In this document: piece after piece, positions 51,901-60,600 of the stretch
How the letters are laid out: each line of letters opens with the position of its first letter
Numbering within the stretch: position 1 is the stretch's first letter
DNA from: Phoronis australis
Lineage: Eukaryota; Animalia; Phoronida
DNA: 64,000 nucleotides
Direction: 5' to 3'
Assembly: GCA_002633005.1 (NCBI GenBank)
Contig: NMRA01000398.1
Location: 186,607-250,606, forward strand
The notes under the pieces: generated by a model
Databases searched by the model: none
What the model saw: the letters and a program-made list of their open reading frames with translations, nothing else
What the model was told of the DNA's origin: nothing
Position numbers and translations under genes: made by a program

Positions 51901-54365
51901 GCCGATGTGTTGTCAAACAGTGTTTTCTCTTCCATTACCGAGATCAACTTCAACAGCTCATGGACGGTGGAAGGTAAGAGTTCTCTGGAAGCAGGAAATG
52001 GATTGAAATTTCAAGGCAAACTGACACAATTCATCAGAATCCCAACGTTTGCAATTTACAGACTATTCATTGAGACAAAGCCGCCTTGCAGACAAGTGCT
52101 CTCAGATATAACCGTTGGCAACCATACCTACGTGCTCCATCTGACGGACGAGTTAACGAAGTGTACATTTGTTATAGTTGTACCATTAGAGGAAACTCCA
52201 GTCATCGAGTTTAGCCTTGTGGAAGAGTCGTCAGAACTCACAGTGACAAAGATAAGCTTGCAGCAAGCAGTCAGCATTTCTCAAATTGACTCTATTGCAT
52301 CTATTACAGTCCACCAGATAGGCTTGACGGATTTATTCGTTCACTGGAGTTTAACCGACCTTGAGAGTAGAATACGTTGTTCAAGAATTGGTCTTGGTAC
52401 CACACCCGGCGGACTTCAGCTTGCATCTCTGAAAAACGTTGGCCGACGACCCTATAACATCTTCCGTGACTTGTCCGTTTCTCACGGGCTTGTAGTCTAC
52501 GTGTCTTTATTGGTAGTTAATGAAGCTGGAGTACAAACCAGCGTCGTTTCAACTCCAACAACGATTGACTGGTTACCTCCAACTGTTGCTAATATCTCTA
52601 TGACGTATACTGCCAACAATCCAACTTCGGTTGATATCAGTGCCAAGTGGACCTTCCGCGCCGAGAGTAAAACTGAGAAATGCTTTTGGGNAGTCAGAAC
52701 TCACAGTGACAAAGATAAGCTTGCAGCAAGCAGTCAGCATTTCTCAAATTGACTCTGTTGCATCTATTACAGTCCACCAGATAGGCTTGACGGATTTATT
52801 CGTTCACTGGAGTTTAACCGACCTTGAGAGTAGAATACGTTATTCAAGAATTGGTCTTGGTACCACACCCGGCGGACTTCAGCTTGCATCTCTGAAAAAC
52901 GTTGGCCGACGACCCTATAACATCTTCCGTGACTTGTCCGTTTCTCACGGTCTTGTAGTCTACGTGTCTTTATTGGTAGTTAATGAAGCTGGAGTACAAA
53001 CCAGCGTTGTGTCAACTCCAACAACGATTGACTGGTTACCTCCGAAGGTCGTTATAATCTCTATGACGTATGCTGTTAACAACCCTACTTCAATTGACAT
53101 CACTGCTGAGTGGACTGCCCGTGCAGAGAGCAATATTGACAAATGTTTCGGGGCGCTTGGTGAGTTTCGGTTGTTTATTCACAATAGTGAATCTCTAGAT
53201 TCGGTTGCCCTAATAATTATTTACTGTGGTTGACAATCGTGATTATGACCACTAAATGTGTTATGACTAAAATGCAATTCAGTGTTAGAAGTTCTTGATC
53301 TAATTATACCAGAAACTGTTGTAATCTTTTGGGTAAAAAATGACACATATTACTATTAGCGTAATTATTTCAGGTTTGTCACATGGCAGTACTGATGTCT
53401 TACAGTGGACATATGTGGGAACAGCGTCCACTGCCACTGCCCCAGGCCTCACTGTAAGCCACGGTGCCAAAGTTTACGCTTCATTGAGATGTATCAGTCA
53501 AGCACGTTTGGAAAGCACAGTAGTCAGTAACCCACTTCTAATCACCCTCCAAAAACCCGACGCCAATTCGGGTAAGCTGACTGTCCGTCCAATCTCAACA
53601 ACGTTTTTTGGTGCGTTGCCAGGGCTTCAGTCGAACACACAAGTCTTAGATTTGACCGTATCTGGGATTGTTGACGTCGCTGGCATTCGGTCGTACCAAC
53701 TGAAAATGTCTGGTAAATCTGCAGTTATTGACTATTTCAGTCTGGAACGACACACGCATTTCACCCTCGATAAGCTTCCGCTGAACGATACGGACTTGTC
53801 CAACACTACTTGTTACCAAAAACACTTACCTCCTCCAACCCCCAGCGGACTACCAGGTACGGTCACCAGTGAAACTACTTCAAGGAGCACCCCGTATGCA
53901 AGTATCATTTCGAACCAAGCTGACAGAACAACAGCTGCATCCACGCTTGTGACCGTCTGCACAAAAGAATACTTTTTCCAAACTTTTAACATTTCTGTTC
54001 GTGCTGTCAACAACGGAGGACTTAAAAGTGTTCCTGTTACTACAAAAGTGACATTTTACGTAGGTGCTCCGGATTTGTCCAGCACAACACCTTCGCTGTA
54101 CCGAAACAACATCACAAGTCGCATCCATCTCGATTGGCACGGTTTGTTCACCTATACCGGTCCGGGTTATCTACGGTACGAACTTTCGATTGGACAGACC
54201 GCGGGGACAGTCAACGTGAACAACAAGGTGTCCACTTTGAATACCAATCACGTGATTCCCTCGTGGATCTACCGCCACCATATAAATTACACCGCGTCGA
54301 TAAGTGCCGTTTCACCGTTTGGAACCTACACCACGTACACGGGGAATATTATTAATCCGTTTTAA
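12254..54365 (+). CDS. Multi-exon gene (24 exons, about 3,290 aa): giant secreted EMI/NIM-EGF + FN3/Ig-like repeat protein, uncharacterised
   Basis: Exons joined by hand; all introns are GT..AG and phases match at every junction. N-terminal EMI/CCxGY/EGF cysteine patterns, at least 15 DxTPP-type linkers separating beta-sandwich repeats, stop at 54363-54365, no hydrophobic C-terminal segment. Exon 1 is tentative. Confidence 0.88.
12850..13580 (+). mobile_element. Decayed L1/Tx1-like LINE ORF2 fragment (linker to RT start)
   Basis: Remnants ANWILQGEES (cf. RxxWxxxGEK) and NNKTPGSDDLSTEFYNFLW (cf. KSPGxDGLxxEFYKxFW); many stops and frameshifts. Confidence 0.7.
13581..13638 (+). repeat. (GGGA/GA)n polypurine microsatellite
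   Basis: ggagagacagagggagagagagggaaggagggagggagggagggggg... Confidence 0.9.
15920..16205 (-). repeat. Dispersed two-block repeat, copy 2
   Basis: Reverse complement of the blocks in 10445-10945; the spacer is only about 24 nt versus about 230 nt. Confidence 0.75.
17626..18372 (-). mobile_element. 5'-truncated RTE-clade LINE fragment in intron 1
   Basis: VGLKIHKDKTKYM, YKYLGQ, LKRKVFDQCIIPTITYGCQTW, LKWRWGGHVAR..DNRW, KRSRGRPQARWRDDI, YILQW; short (GATGA)n tail at 17626-17645; frameshifted. Confidence 0.92.
19570..19689 (+). CDS. Exon 2, EMI domain first half (LTGVPNSVCTYYYQVSYSQWYRQRYTTSCWDWDFRCTRYR)
   Basis: tttcag acceptor, gtaagt donor, phase 2-2. The PNxC...YTxC...CTRxR pattern is typical of EMI domains (MEGF10/Draper type). 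Not in the ORF track. Confidence 0.88.
20416..20501 (+). CDS. Exon 3, EMI second half with CCxGY (SKYRVAYKRQDKLGCCQGYTDNGSSFCI)
   Basis: ttacag acceptor, gtaagt donor, phase 2-1; YRxxY...CCxGY motif. Confidence 0.9.
22051..22102 (+). ncRNA. Minimal type I hammerhead ribozyme motif (Penelope-type), possibly decayed
   Basis: CTGATGA (22058-64), helix II ggtgt/acacc, GAAAC (22087-91), palindromic helix III ACATGT, GTC triplet (22094-96); helix I pairs only weakly. Confidence 0.6.
22715..22776 (+). repeat. 31-bp tandem duplication
   Basis: aaagaatatcagacccttgttc(t/a)gtcactgc x2. Confidence 0.9.
25976..26077 (+). CDS. Exon 4, NIM/EGF-like module (PVCYGSTSCPNGGTCSLPDRCINCNSEFYSPKCD)
   Basis: ttgcag / gtaagt, phase 1-1; splicing to exon 3 yields CIPVC...CPNGGTC..P..C..C. 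Confidence 0.9.
26496..26645 (+). CDS. Exon 5, Cys-rich module (CPVADISNCAHMTCDEGPTNKRCIEC...LCD)
   Basis: ctttag / gtaagc, phase 1-1; lies within ORF 26459..26668. Confidence 0.88.
27356..27469 (+). CDS. Exon 6, EGF-like module (RCSWLQHFCFPGNCSTGYPNTCSCAEGFTPTNDAKCH)
   Basis: ttgcag / gtaagt, phase 1-1; six-Cys EGF pattern with CxCxxGF. Confidence 0.9.
27456..27545 (+). repeat. 42-bp tandem duplication that copies the exon 6 splice donor
   Basis: tgcaaaatg(c/t)catcgtaagtaacacggg..ttcattatactt x2; GTAAGT at 27470 and 27512. Confidence 0.9.
27760..28020 (+). CDS. Exon 7
   Basis: tttcag / gtaagt, phase 1-1; lies within ORF 27747..28037. Confidence 0.85.
29914..30067 (+). CDS. Exon 8
   Basis: gtgtag / gtgaga, phase 1-2; lies within ORF 29865..30071. 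Confidence 0.82.
30256..31110. mobile_element. Hairpin-ended non-autonomous element (class uncertain), intron 8
   Basis: Imperfect palindrome of about 185 bp (30256-30439) centred on GAGGCCGAAGGCCGAG, plus inverted repeat 30435-30451 / 31031-31050. Confidence 0.55.
33028..33625 (+). CDS. Exon 9, first beta-sandwich repeat region (GWKD...SGIKEY)
   Basis: aaag acceptor (AAG) in phase 2 gives GDKLCADY; gtaagt donor; lies within ORF 32993..33640. Confidence 0.85.
34445..34589 (+). CDS. Exon 10 (LSWTDYFYNDYHRQHGPLRP...GTDNVE)
   Basis: tgacag / gttaag, phase 0-1; open frame, not in the ORF track. Confidence 0.85.
35362..35525 (+). CDS. Exon 11 (GILKFEYHIEE...GDGDTYK)
   Basis: tttcag / gtttga, phase 1-0; open frame. 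Confidence 0.85.
35586..35840. mobile_element. GC-rich MITE with 5-bp TSD (ATTGG), intron 11
   Basis: TIR catgcacgcaccca / tgggtgcgcgcatg, ATTGG on both flanks; related inverted copy at 55428-55704. Confidence 0.8.
36998..37282 (+). CDS. Exon 12 (VWIRATDIMGN...FDSSPP...DSHSGVRRI)
   Basis: atttag / gtgagt, phase 0-0. Confidence 0.9.
37546..37880 (+). CDS. Exon 13 (CPTGVAPCYCPSIGPC...DNSPP...WLGFVDHESGIRYY)
   Basis: ttccag / gtttgt, phase 0-2. Confidence 0.9.
38044..38240 (+). repeat. Degenerate (GAT/GGT)n microsatellite, intron 13
   Basis: Runs of gatgatgat / ggtggt / gacgat. Confidence 0.75.
38685..39331 (+). CDS. Exon 14, FN3-like repeats
   Basis: gtgcag / gtgagt, phase 2-1; lies within ORF 38677..39396. 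Confidence 0.92.
40000..40840. mobile_element. Hairpin-ended non-autonomous element (class uncertain), intron 14
   Basis: Perfect 15-bp inverted repeat 40086-40100 / 40672-40686 and an imperfect palindrome of about 160 bp at 40679-40837; mirror architecture of the 30.3-31.1 kb element. Left boundary approximate. Confidence 0.55.
41769..41845 (+). mobile_element. tRNA-derived SINE head / tRNA pseudogene
   Basis: A box TGGTGTAGTGG (41778-88) and perfect B box GGTTCGAATCC (41821-31); D and acceptor stems do not pair. Confidence 0.6.
42175..43316 (+). CDS. Exon 15, FN3-like repeats
   Basis: tttcag / gtaaat, phase 1-0; extends ORF 42342..43361 upstream in frame (GTLLNHQEVLQF...). Confidence 0.9.
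43881..44664 (+). CDS. Exon 16, FN3-like repeats
   Basis: ttacag / gtaagt, phase 0-1; lies within ORF 43845..44825. Confidence 0.92.
44845..45750 (-). repeat. Degenerate tandem-repeat element carrying five co-oriented CTCF-like motifs, intron 16
   Basis: Recurrent g(t/g)gccc(c/t)..agtggcaattttattttt units; motifs at 44850, 44991, 45144, 45586 and 45729. Confidence 0.6.
45881..45944. repeat. (TA)n(TG)n(CG)n(TG)n compound microsatellite; second copy at 46205-46262
   Basis: Directly visible; the CG run length differs between the two copies. Confidence 0.95.
46065..46181 (+). CDS. Exon 17 (GTTPGGVDVREFVDVG...YFVTVR); identical second copy at 46383-46499
   Basis: ttaaag / gtaaac, phase 1-1; duplicated across the N at 46204. 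Confidence 0.88.
46622..46932 (+). CDS. Exon 18
   Basis: taacag / gtacgt, phase 1-0; DTTPP...WGDFKDPHS. Confidence 0.9.
47527..47634 (+). CDS. Exon 19 (ATNVVGLSVFANSPVFSCDKTGPAVGYVYDGPDRKQ)
   Basis: tttcag / gtatgg, phase 0-0; completes a repeat; not in the ORF track. Confidence 0.9.
48288..48441 (+). CDS. Exon 20 (GDWDYQQDTTAISANWFGFQDGES...)
   Basis: cttcag / gtagaa, phase 0-1. Confidence 0.9.
48605..48791 (+). CDS. Exon 21 (YYVTVKACN...SDGVVADNSAP)
   Basis: ttttag / gtaagt, phase 1-2. Confidence 0.9.
49150..50708 (+). CDS. Exon 22, several FN3-like repeats plus a Cys-rich insert
   Basis: ctttag / gtaaga, phase 2-1; lies within the 560-aa ORF 49127..50809. Confidence 0.93.
51386..53159 (+). 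CDS. Exon 23 (1311 nt after removing the 463-nt gap-flanking duplication)
   Basis: tttcag / gtgagt, phase 1-1. N at 52691 separates two copies of the 3' part (offset 463); the frame is restored when one copy is removed. Confidence 0.85.
53374..54365 (+). CDS. Exon 24 (terminal), FN3-like repeats with a Pro/Ser/Thr insert; no TM segment
   Basis: tttcag acceptor in phase 1, TAA at 54363-54365; lies within ORF 53340..54365. Confidence 0.9.
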
Positions 54366-54402
54366 TTAATCACGAAATACGATGGTTGGTGAAACCAGAA
54401 CA

Positions 54403-54408
54403 ATTAAA
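54403..54408 (+). terminator. Candidate polyadenylation signal ATTAAA (alternative AATAAA at 54654-54659)
   Basis: Hexamer about 40 nt downstream of the stop codon; supported by position only. Confidence 0.35.
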
Positions 54409-55427
54409 TACAATCATAAATATGAAGTGCGTACAAAGTGAGTCAGTGTGGGATTCTGTCTATAGTGACATAGGAGAGATTTTTTTCGAACTGAGATTGA
54501 AAGCGATTATAATACCGCCTTCCGTCCATAAAGTGATTTTTTTTTGATTTAGAACACTTGCTACTCTAAGACTGGTCTCAGATGAGAATTGACTTCTCGG
54601 ATAGAAAAGGACCGACTTATTTTTGTTGCCCGTCGCATAAAATGTCACGTGGTAATAAACTAACTTATACAGCCTGGTCTCAAACAAACGCGAAATTTCT
54701 CCTCTTTTGAAATTCCGAAATCACCTTTATTTCGACTTGACCTACTTGATACCAGTCTCGTAATGATGAAGGGTCTAAAAATCAGAACAATAAGTTGCTG
54801 TTTGTGAGGGAAGGCGGCGTTTAGTGAAATCTGAAACTTTTCACTTGGTAGGCAGTTCCAATGCCTGGGGAGCGTGTGGCGGAAGGGAGTGGAGTCTTCC
54901 ACTGATACATGGGGACGACGGGAGTGATATTGATAATCATTTGCTGAACTAGTATAACCGGAATAACATACGTAAGGATCACACGAGTGAAAAATGAGCA
55001 AAATTTATCGCTGAACCATACCTATCCGAATATAATATTGTCAAAAGCCTTGTTGTTAACGTGGGCATTTTCAAGTACTGCATATTTTACCTGTTTGCGA
55101 ATGTATAACATGTGATTTCCAGTAAAGAAACTTGTATAACATCCTTCTAAATCCATTGTATTAAAGCAAACTGTACCTGATTTGCCTGGTTTGAAGGAAG
55201 TCCAGTAACACTCGATTTTTTCTAACTATGCTGCTTGAATGGATCACTGTATGACATTTTATCGGACACATTTTGTAATGCTGCACCTATAGTCCCGTGC
55301 GTATTGTATAATAGGGCGCATAAGCACGAAAATAGTTTTGATCACCACAAGATGACGTTATTTTTGAGAATCTTCAGGATTCAGCACTCAATAATCAGTG
55401 TCAAAATGGAATTGTTGTAACTTGCTA

Positions 55428-55704
55428 CATGCGCGCACCCAGTCTGAAATATAGGGGGTGCTCGAATTTTTCGGTTACGGTATGCGTACCTTTTACTGGA
55501 GGAAACTAACGAGGTCCAAACTGGGGCTACTTACTAGGCTCAGGTCCAGGAATTTTTTTATCCGCGCGGACTTCCCGTGGATTTTGTGGATTTTTGTTTC
55601 GTTTACTCGGACGTTTTGTTTCACTAAGGCGGACCTTTTTGCCCAATTTGCCAAATTGGGTGGATCGTTCAAGTCCCCCAAGCCCCCCCTTGGGTGCGCC
55701 CATG
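55428..55704. mobile_element. GC-rich MITE, inverted relative of 35586-35840
   Basis: TIR catgcgcgcaccca / tgggtgcgcccatg; subterminal aagcccccccttgggtgcg mirrors 35592-35612; TSD not clean. Confidence 0.75.
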
Positions 55705-57455
55705 ATCTAACTTGCATATCAGAAGTCAGATTACTCAAACATTCACATTTTCCCTCAAACATTTCTTACTCCACAGAAATTAAATCTGCAAAAATAGAAG
55801 TGTACCGAAAACCCACCAGTTGCAAAGGTTGAGAAACAAGTCCACAGTTTAGTTTCTTTAGAAAGTCTCGTGTTATCTTTCACTCGTCCTTTGGGTGGTA
55901 GACCCAGTTACCTTTTTGGCAAGAAAACGTTGTAGGATCAGTTTAATGTTAGCACAGACCACTTAAAAATAATCTGGTCAGAATACATGTATTAGTACGT
56001 TGGAAAGGTGCCTTTTAAAATAAGATTCTGGAAGACAGTCTGCGTTTTCTGCAATTCAACAGTTCTACTAATCTGTATCTTTGCATCTTTTATTTGTGAA
56101 TATTATATTCATGGACTGGGTTAGTTGTTGAGAATTTGAGAAGATAATTTATTCCTTGGAAATATTTGTAACTGCTGCTTGCTGCTTTCATGTATGTCTA
56201 CTCAGTTGCAAAGCAAAGCAACACACGCCAATAGTCTTCAGACACAGACGGATTCAGGTTCATACTCAAAATAGGTCTTACTAAAACAAGAGGTTTCTGA
56301 AAGGAATTCTATATCACAACGATGAACAAAAAAGAGGTAATGAGATTTGGCGTCACGATCTGGTCGCTCAGTGTTCTAGAGACATTGTCTACCTTCCTGT
56401 GTTTTTATTTACCGCGTTAGCTAAATAGGGGGAACGGACGTACCAGATCCCTCGCTGTTATCGGCATTTACTATAGAATAAAACTCGGAAAGGAGACTTT
56501 CTTTCAAATTTTTTGACTCATCGACTTGTTTTAGATCTGATAGAAAGAGACAGACAGAGACAATCTATAAATCAGCAAACGTTAATCGCCATGTGGATGA
56601 CACGATAAAAGGTTATTGCTGCCGTGGCATCGTAGGGAGTTAAATTTGTATCTATCTGGTTTTAAGTTTACCAAAATGTTATTATCACTTCTAAAATCGT
56701 GAATTACTAACGACTAGTGGAAATGATGATAAAGGGAGTCTCTGTTTCTATTGCCCCATCTAATGTACAAAACCATTTGGAACACTGTTCAAAACATTTT
56801 ACACTAGGGCTCAGTGTCTAGTCCTCCAACCCAAGTTTGTTCATTTCAGAGTAACCAACACATGTCTTTTCTACTCTGTGGCTGATATGCAAATGTTTTG
56901 CTGAGTTGAACCCACACTTGATCTCAAAATCATGCTACATCTTGACATTTTAGAGTCAACCAACCGACCTTGAGATTGAAACGGCGGTACATGTATACCA
57001 GGTGCCGCCGACTGTAACTCGGTGTTTCAACGATGTTGCTTATTATTCAATATACAAATTGGCGTTGACGAACACACGTTCTGTCCAAGAAACTAACTTT
57101 TGAACTAAATATTACCGCCATTAAACTGATATAAACTTGTTCCTTACTCAGACGAGAAGTCAATTGTACATGTACATGCGCGTTGTCCTTACAATTTCAA
57201 GGAATTCTCGACTTTAAAGCCTTTGATTCATAAACGTTCAATCGTTAGGAACGAATCTAACCAATTTTGAGGCACCCCCAAAACGAGAAAACACTTGTAA
57301 GGCGCTGTTGCTATCACATTTTCTGTCCTGAATAAGTGTCCTTCACCTGTGGCGGCCATATCTTACTGGAACACTCACAAATTTTAAACCACTCATGGAA
57401 TTATGTACAACGTATGCTGTGAAAAATATGAGATACCCACAAACAAAGTTGCATA

Positions 57456-57614
57456 CCAGCCTCCCGTTCAGTAACGCTAGGGCCTCGCTAAAAAGCAAGA
57501 CTTCGCGAGATTACGCGAGATATTGCGGTGCATTTTAAATGAGAGCACGTGACTTTGACTAGGTTTTAGCTAGGTCCTAGCGTAGGTCCTAGCGTCTACT
57601 GAACGCACGCCAGG
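57456..57614. mobile_element. About 160-bp MITE, copy 2
   Basis: Same orientation and closely similar sequence to 9362-9521, with unrelated flanks. Confidence 0.8.
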
Positions 57615-60600
57615 TTTCGCTTCACTGAATTTTGTTAAAAATCCTATCACAAACGGGAAGTAGTATCTTTAATACCCACCCACAACCGTATCAGGGTGAA
57701 TATGTGCTTAAAATAGTTGGACATATGATGAGCATTGGGAAATTGAGAATGCTGTAGACCTGACGTTGGTCTATTATATGTGAAATTTATGCAGTCGTGG
57801 ATATTAATGGACGGATACCACTTCAAAGTTACTCCTAATTGACCACCAACTGAATTGTTTGTCTGTGCATTAGCCTTTGAATTGAAGGGCATTGAACAGG
57901 TCTGTCAAGAGGCTTCCGTTGCAACCATTTCCCTTTTTTCGATGAAATAATTGATCTGTATTCAAATTGATTAAACCGTTGGCACCACTGGTGCACGTTG
58001 TGAGAACACTGCAGCTCCATATTTACGGTAATCTGTAGGCGTTGTTCACTCATTAATATCGAATCACTGTGATATGTTCGTCTACTAGTGACATGATCTA
58101 ATTGAGCGTATATCTCGATGAAAAAATAACCTTTAAATTAGAGGAGTTTATGAAAAAGTCACCAATTATTTTTTAATAATTAAAGAATTCAAATAAAATG
58201 CTACTCTCGGTATGTATCAAAGCTAAAACTTGACGCAATATGAACATACAAGTAACATAACAAAAGAAATGGCAATGTTTGCTCTTAGTTTGCACATGCG
58301 CGGAAGGGTACTCATTGAGTCTGTGTCATGCAAACGACATGTTTCATGTTCAAACTTCACTTGTAAAATATTCCTTGTTTTCAAGTTTTCGATGGTCCTG
58401 ATAAAAGAAGACTATAAAGCAAACAACCCGTAGACAAATCGATTATAAAACATATACCTATACGGTGTTGTAACGCCGCCGACAAGCTGAAAAGAAATTG
58501 GATTTGTTTACCCATTTCCTTTTCACCTGAGTTTGTGTCTCTCCCCGACAGGCCGGTAGTAGACGAACCAGACAGTTGGAGTGATAGTATTTTGGATGAC
58601 GATGTAAGGTATGTTGATGAGACAAACGCATTAACTAGGATTGTAAAGCGACTGAAAACTCAGGATTTCAGAAGCATGACCCCTCTTGTTGAATTTCCTG
58701 CCAATGCCATTGGCATGGTGCCAGAAATACAGGAACTAAAACAGCCAGTGAGCCGTACGGTAACCAATATCGTTGACAACGTACAGCATCATTCCCACAA
58801 GAATTTTGTAGCTTGTAGCAAACCAGTCAATTCAATATCAACTGTGTGTGCTTGCATTCAGGGCCAGTCAGTAAATTTAAGTTCAATGAATAAACATAAT
58901 TAACGGTAAACAAGGCCTCGTCTTCTTTTCTGTTCATCAATGAAGAACACGGTGCAAGCCTTCTCAACTACACATTTAGTCACGTGACGTGAAAACCCAT
59001 CAATGTGTTCCCACGAGGACATTTGTTGACACATTGGAGACGAGTTAGCTTGCAGCAGACTTGATTTCCCCTGTGTGCATGGTGCGTAAGCGAAACACTA
59101 GTGACCGCTGAATGGTTTATCCGATGCAAGTTCCCGTCTGATTGGACCAGTTTCATCCTCCAGTAGGCTATTCGGAAATGGAGAAATGTCGTCATGAGTA
59201 ACTATCATGTTGTTCAATTGTCAATTCTACATTGCAAAAAACGTTCAGTGGCTGTTCCACACACTCACCAGCGATGTATTATGACAAGGAGGAGAAAAAA
59301 CATACTTGAGTGATGTCTCAGTTTTCTGAAACTCAAGTCGGTGGCGCGGAATTTTTGAGTTGTTACATTTTTCAAAAAGGAACATCCAACTAAGTTATAC
59401 AAAAAACAATGCACAGTTTTTTACACAACCCTTGGCAAATCATGGCGTTTCCAGCTTGCCTCACGCTTCCTTACGTGCTTTTGTGCAGATTTAAAAGACA
59501 TGACTGAAATCGATACGGGCAAGGGTTTTGTTTCACTCGCTAAGCCTAAGCCTCAAAATGAGGGGCGGTTCAAACCAGATCCGACTATGGCTTAGGCGAA
59601 ATCTATAGAAGATATTGACCTACAACGCAGCAGGCAGAACAACTCAAATCACAACAAAGGGCATGTAAAACCGCATCAAATATTTTATCATCGTCATGTT
59701 TGACGACACCAGTAAACATCATCAAAGTCTCAAGATTATCCCGTCACACGCCGACAATCCCAGCAAATAAACATTTACGTTTACGAGTGCACATTCTCAG
59801 AATTCTCCATGATTTGAGTTTTCCTGAAGCGCCTGTTGGGTAGCCATATTGAGTCATCGTTGCTTGGTGGCACTCACTAGTTTTTTTGGGCGAGTGTTGA
59901 ATTTACATCTCCAACTTCACTAAATTGACGCCTGTTATGTTGCCTGAGGATTTTGAGGTTTGTGCTGCTTGTGAAGGCTACGGATGTAATTTCTTTGATT
60001 GTTTGCCTGTTCTGATTACTACGTGTACTTGCTGCCCTCTGGACACACGTACTTTTGTTTCGATGGCTTTTTAAACCCTTAACCACTCGTAAGCGATAAA
60101 CTGAAAATAAGGATGAAATGCAGGTGCTATACACAAAAAAGAAGCAGGTCGACTCCCACTGGAGAGATTTTGCACGCGAAATGCACTGTCTCGTCTTAGC
60201 CCGTAGTTATCGATTTTGATTTGTCGGTTTGGTGTGAAAACGGCTAAATCGGTACTTTTGTTCGTTTTTACGTAGCTGACTGCACTTGCAACATTCGTCA
60301 AAAAGAATAGTTGATTTTGGCATCAGCTTCAAGGGAATTTGCACAAGGTTTTTGAAGTCTTTGGCGGTGAATACTGAAAATATTGCAAGGCTTTGTGCAC
60401 ACTGTTGAACGAAGAATTGGACCTGCAAAAACCGGACTTTTTAAGCACAAACTGTTCAGTGCCACCTGTACTTTTGTGGACCAGTTCGGCGTTTGATAAT
60501 AGTGCCTGTGATAATACCCAAATACTGAACTACGTTATAAATCCTCTAATAGTTACCAAGGTTCCAGAGGTATAGGAAATTTAATGTCAACTCATCACTG

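Noticed and set aside
33028-54365. Bacterial contamination or recent horizontal transfer, since DxTPP/FN3 chains resemble bacterial surface proteins
   Set aside because: The gene has over 20 spliceosomal introns filled with animal TEs and a metazoan EMI/EGF N-terminus; any bacterial link would be ancient and cannot be judged from this window.
58535-58903. 122-aa ORF with RYVDE (RT-like YVDD) and a possible small exon 58552-58603
   Set aside because: No other RT motifs, no partner exons or recognisable domain found; insufficient support.
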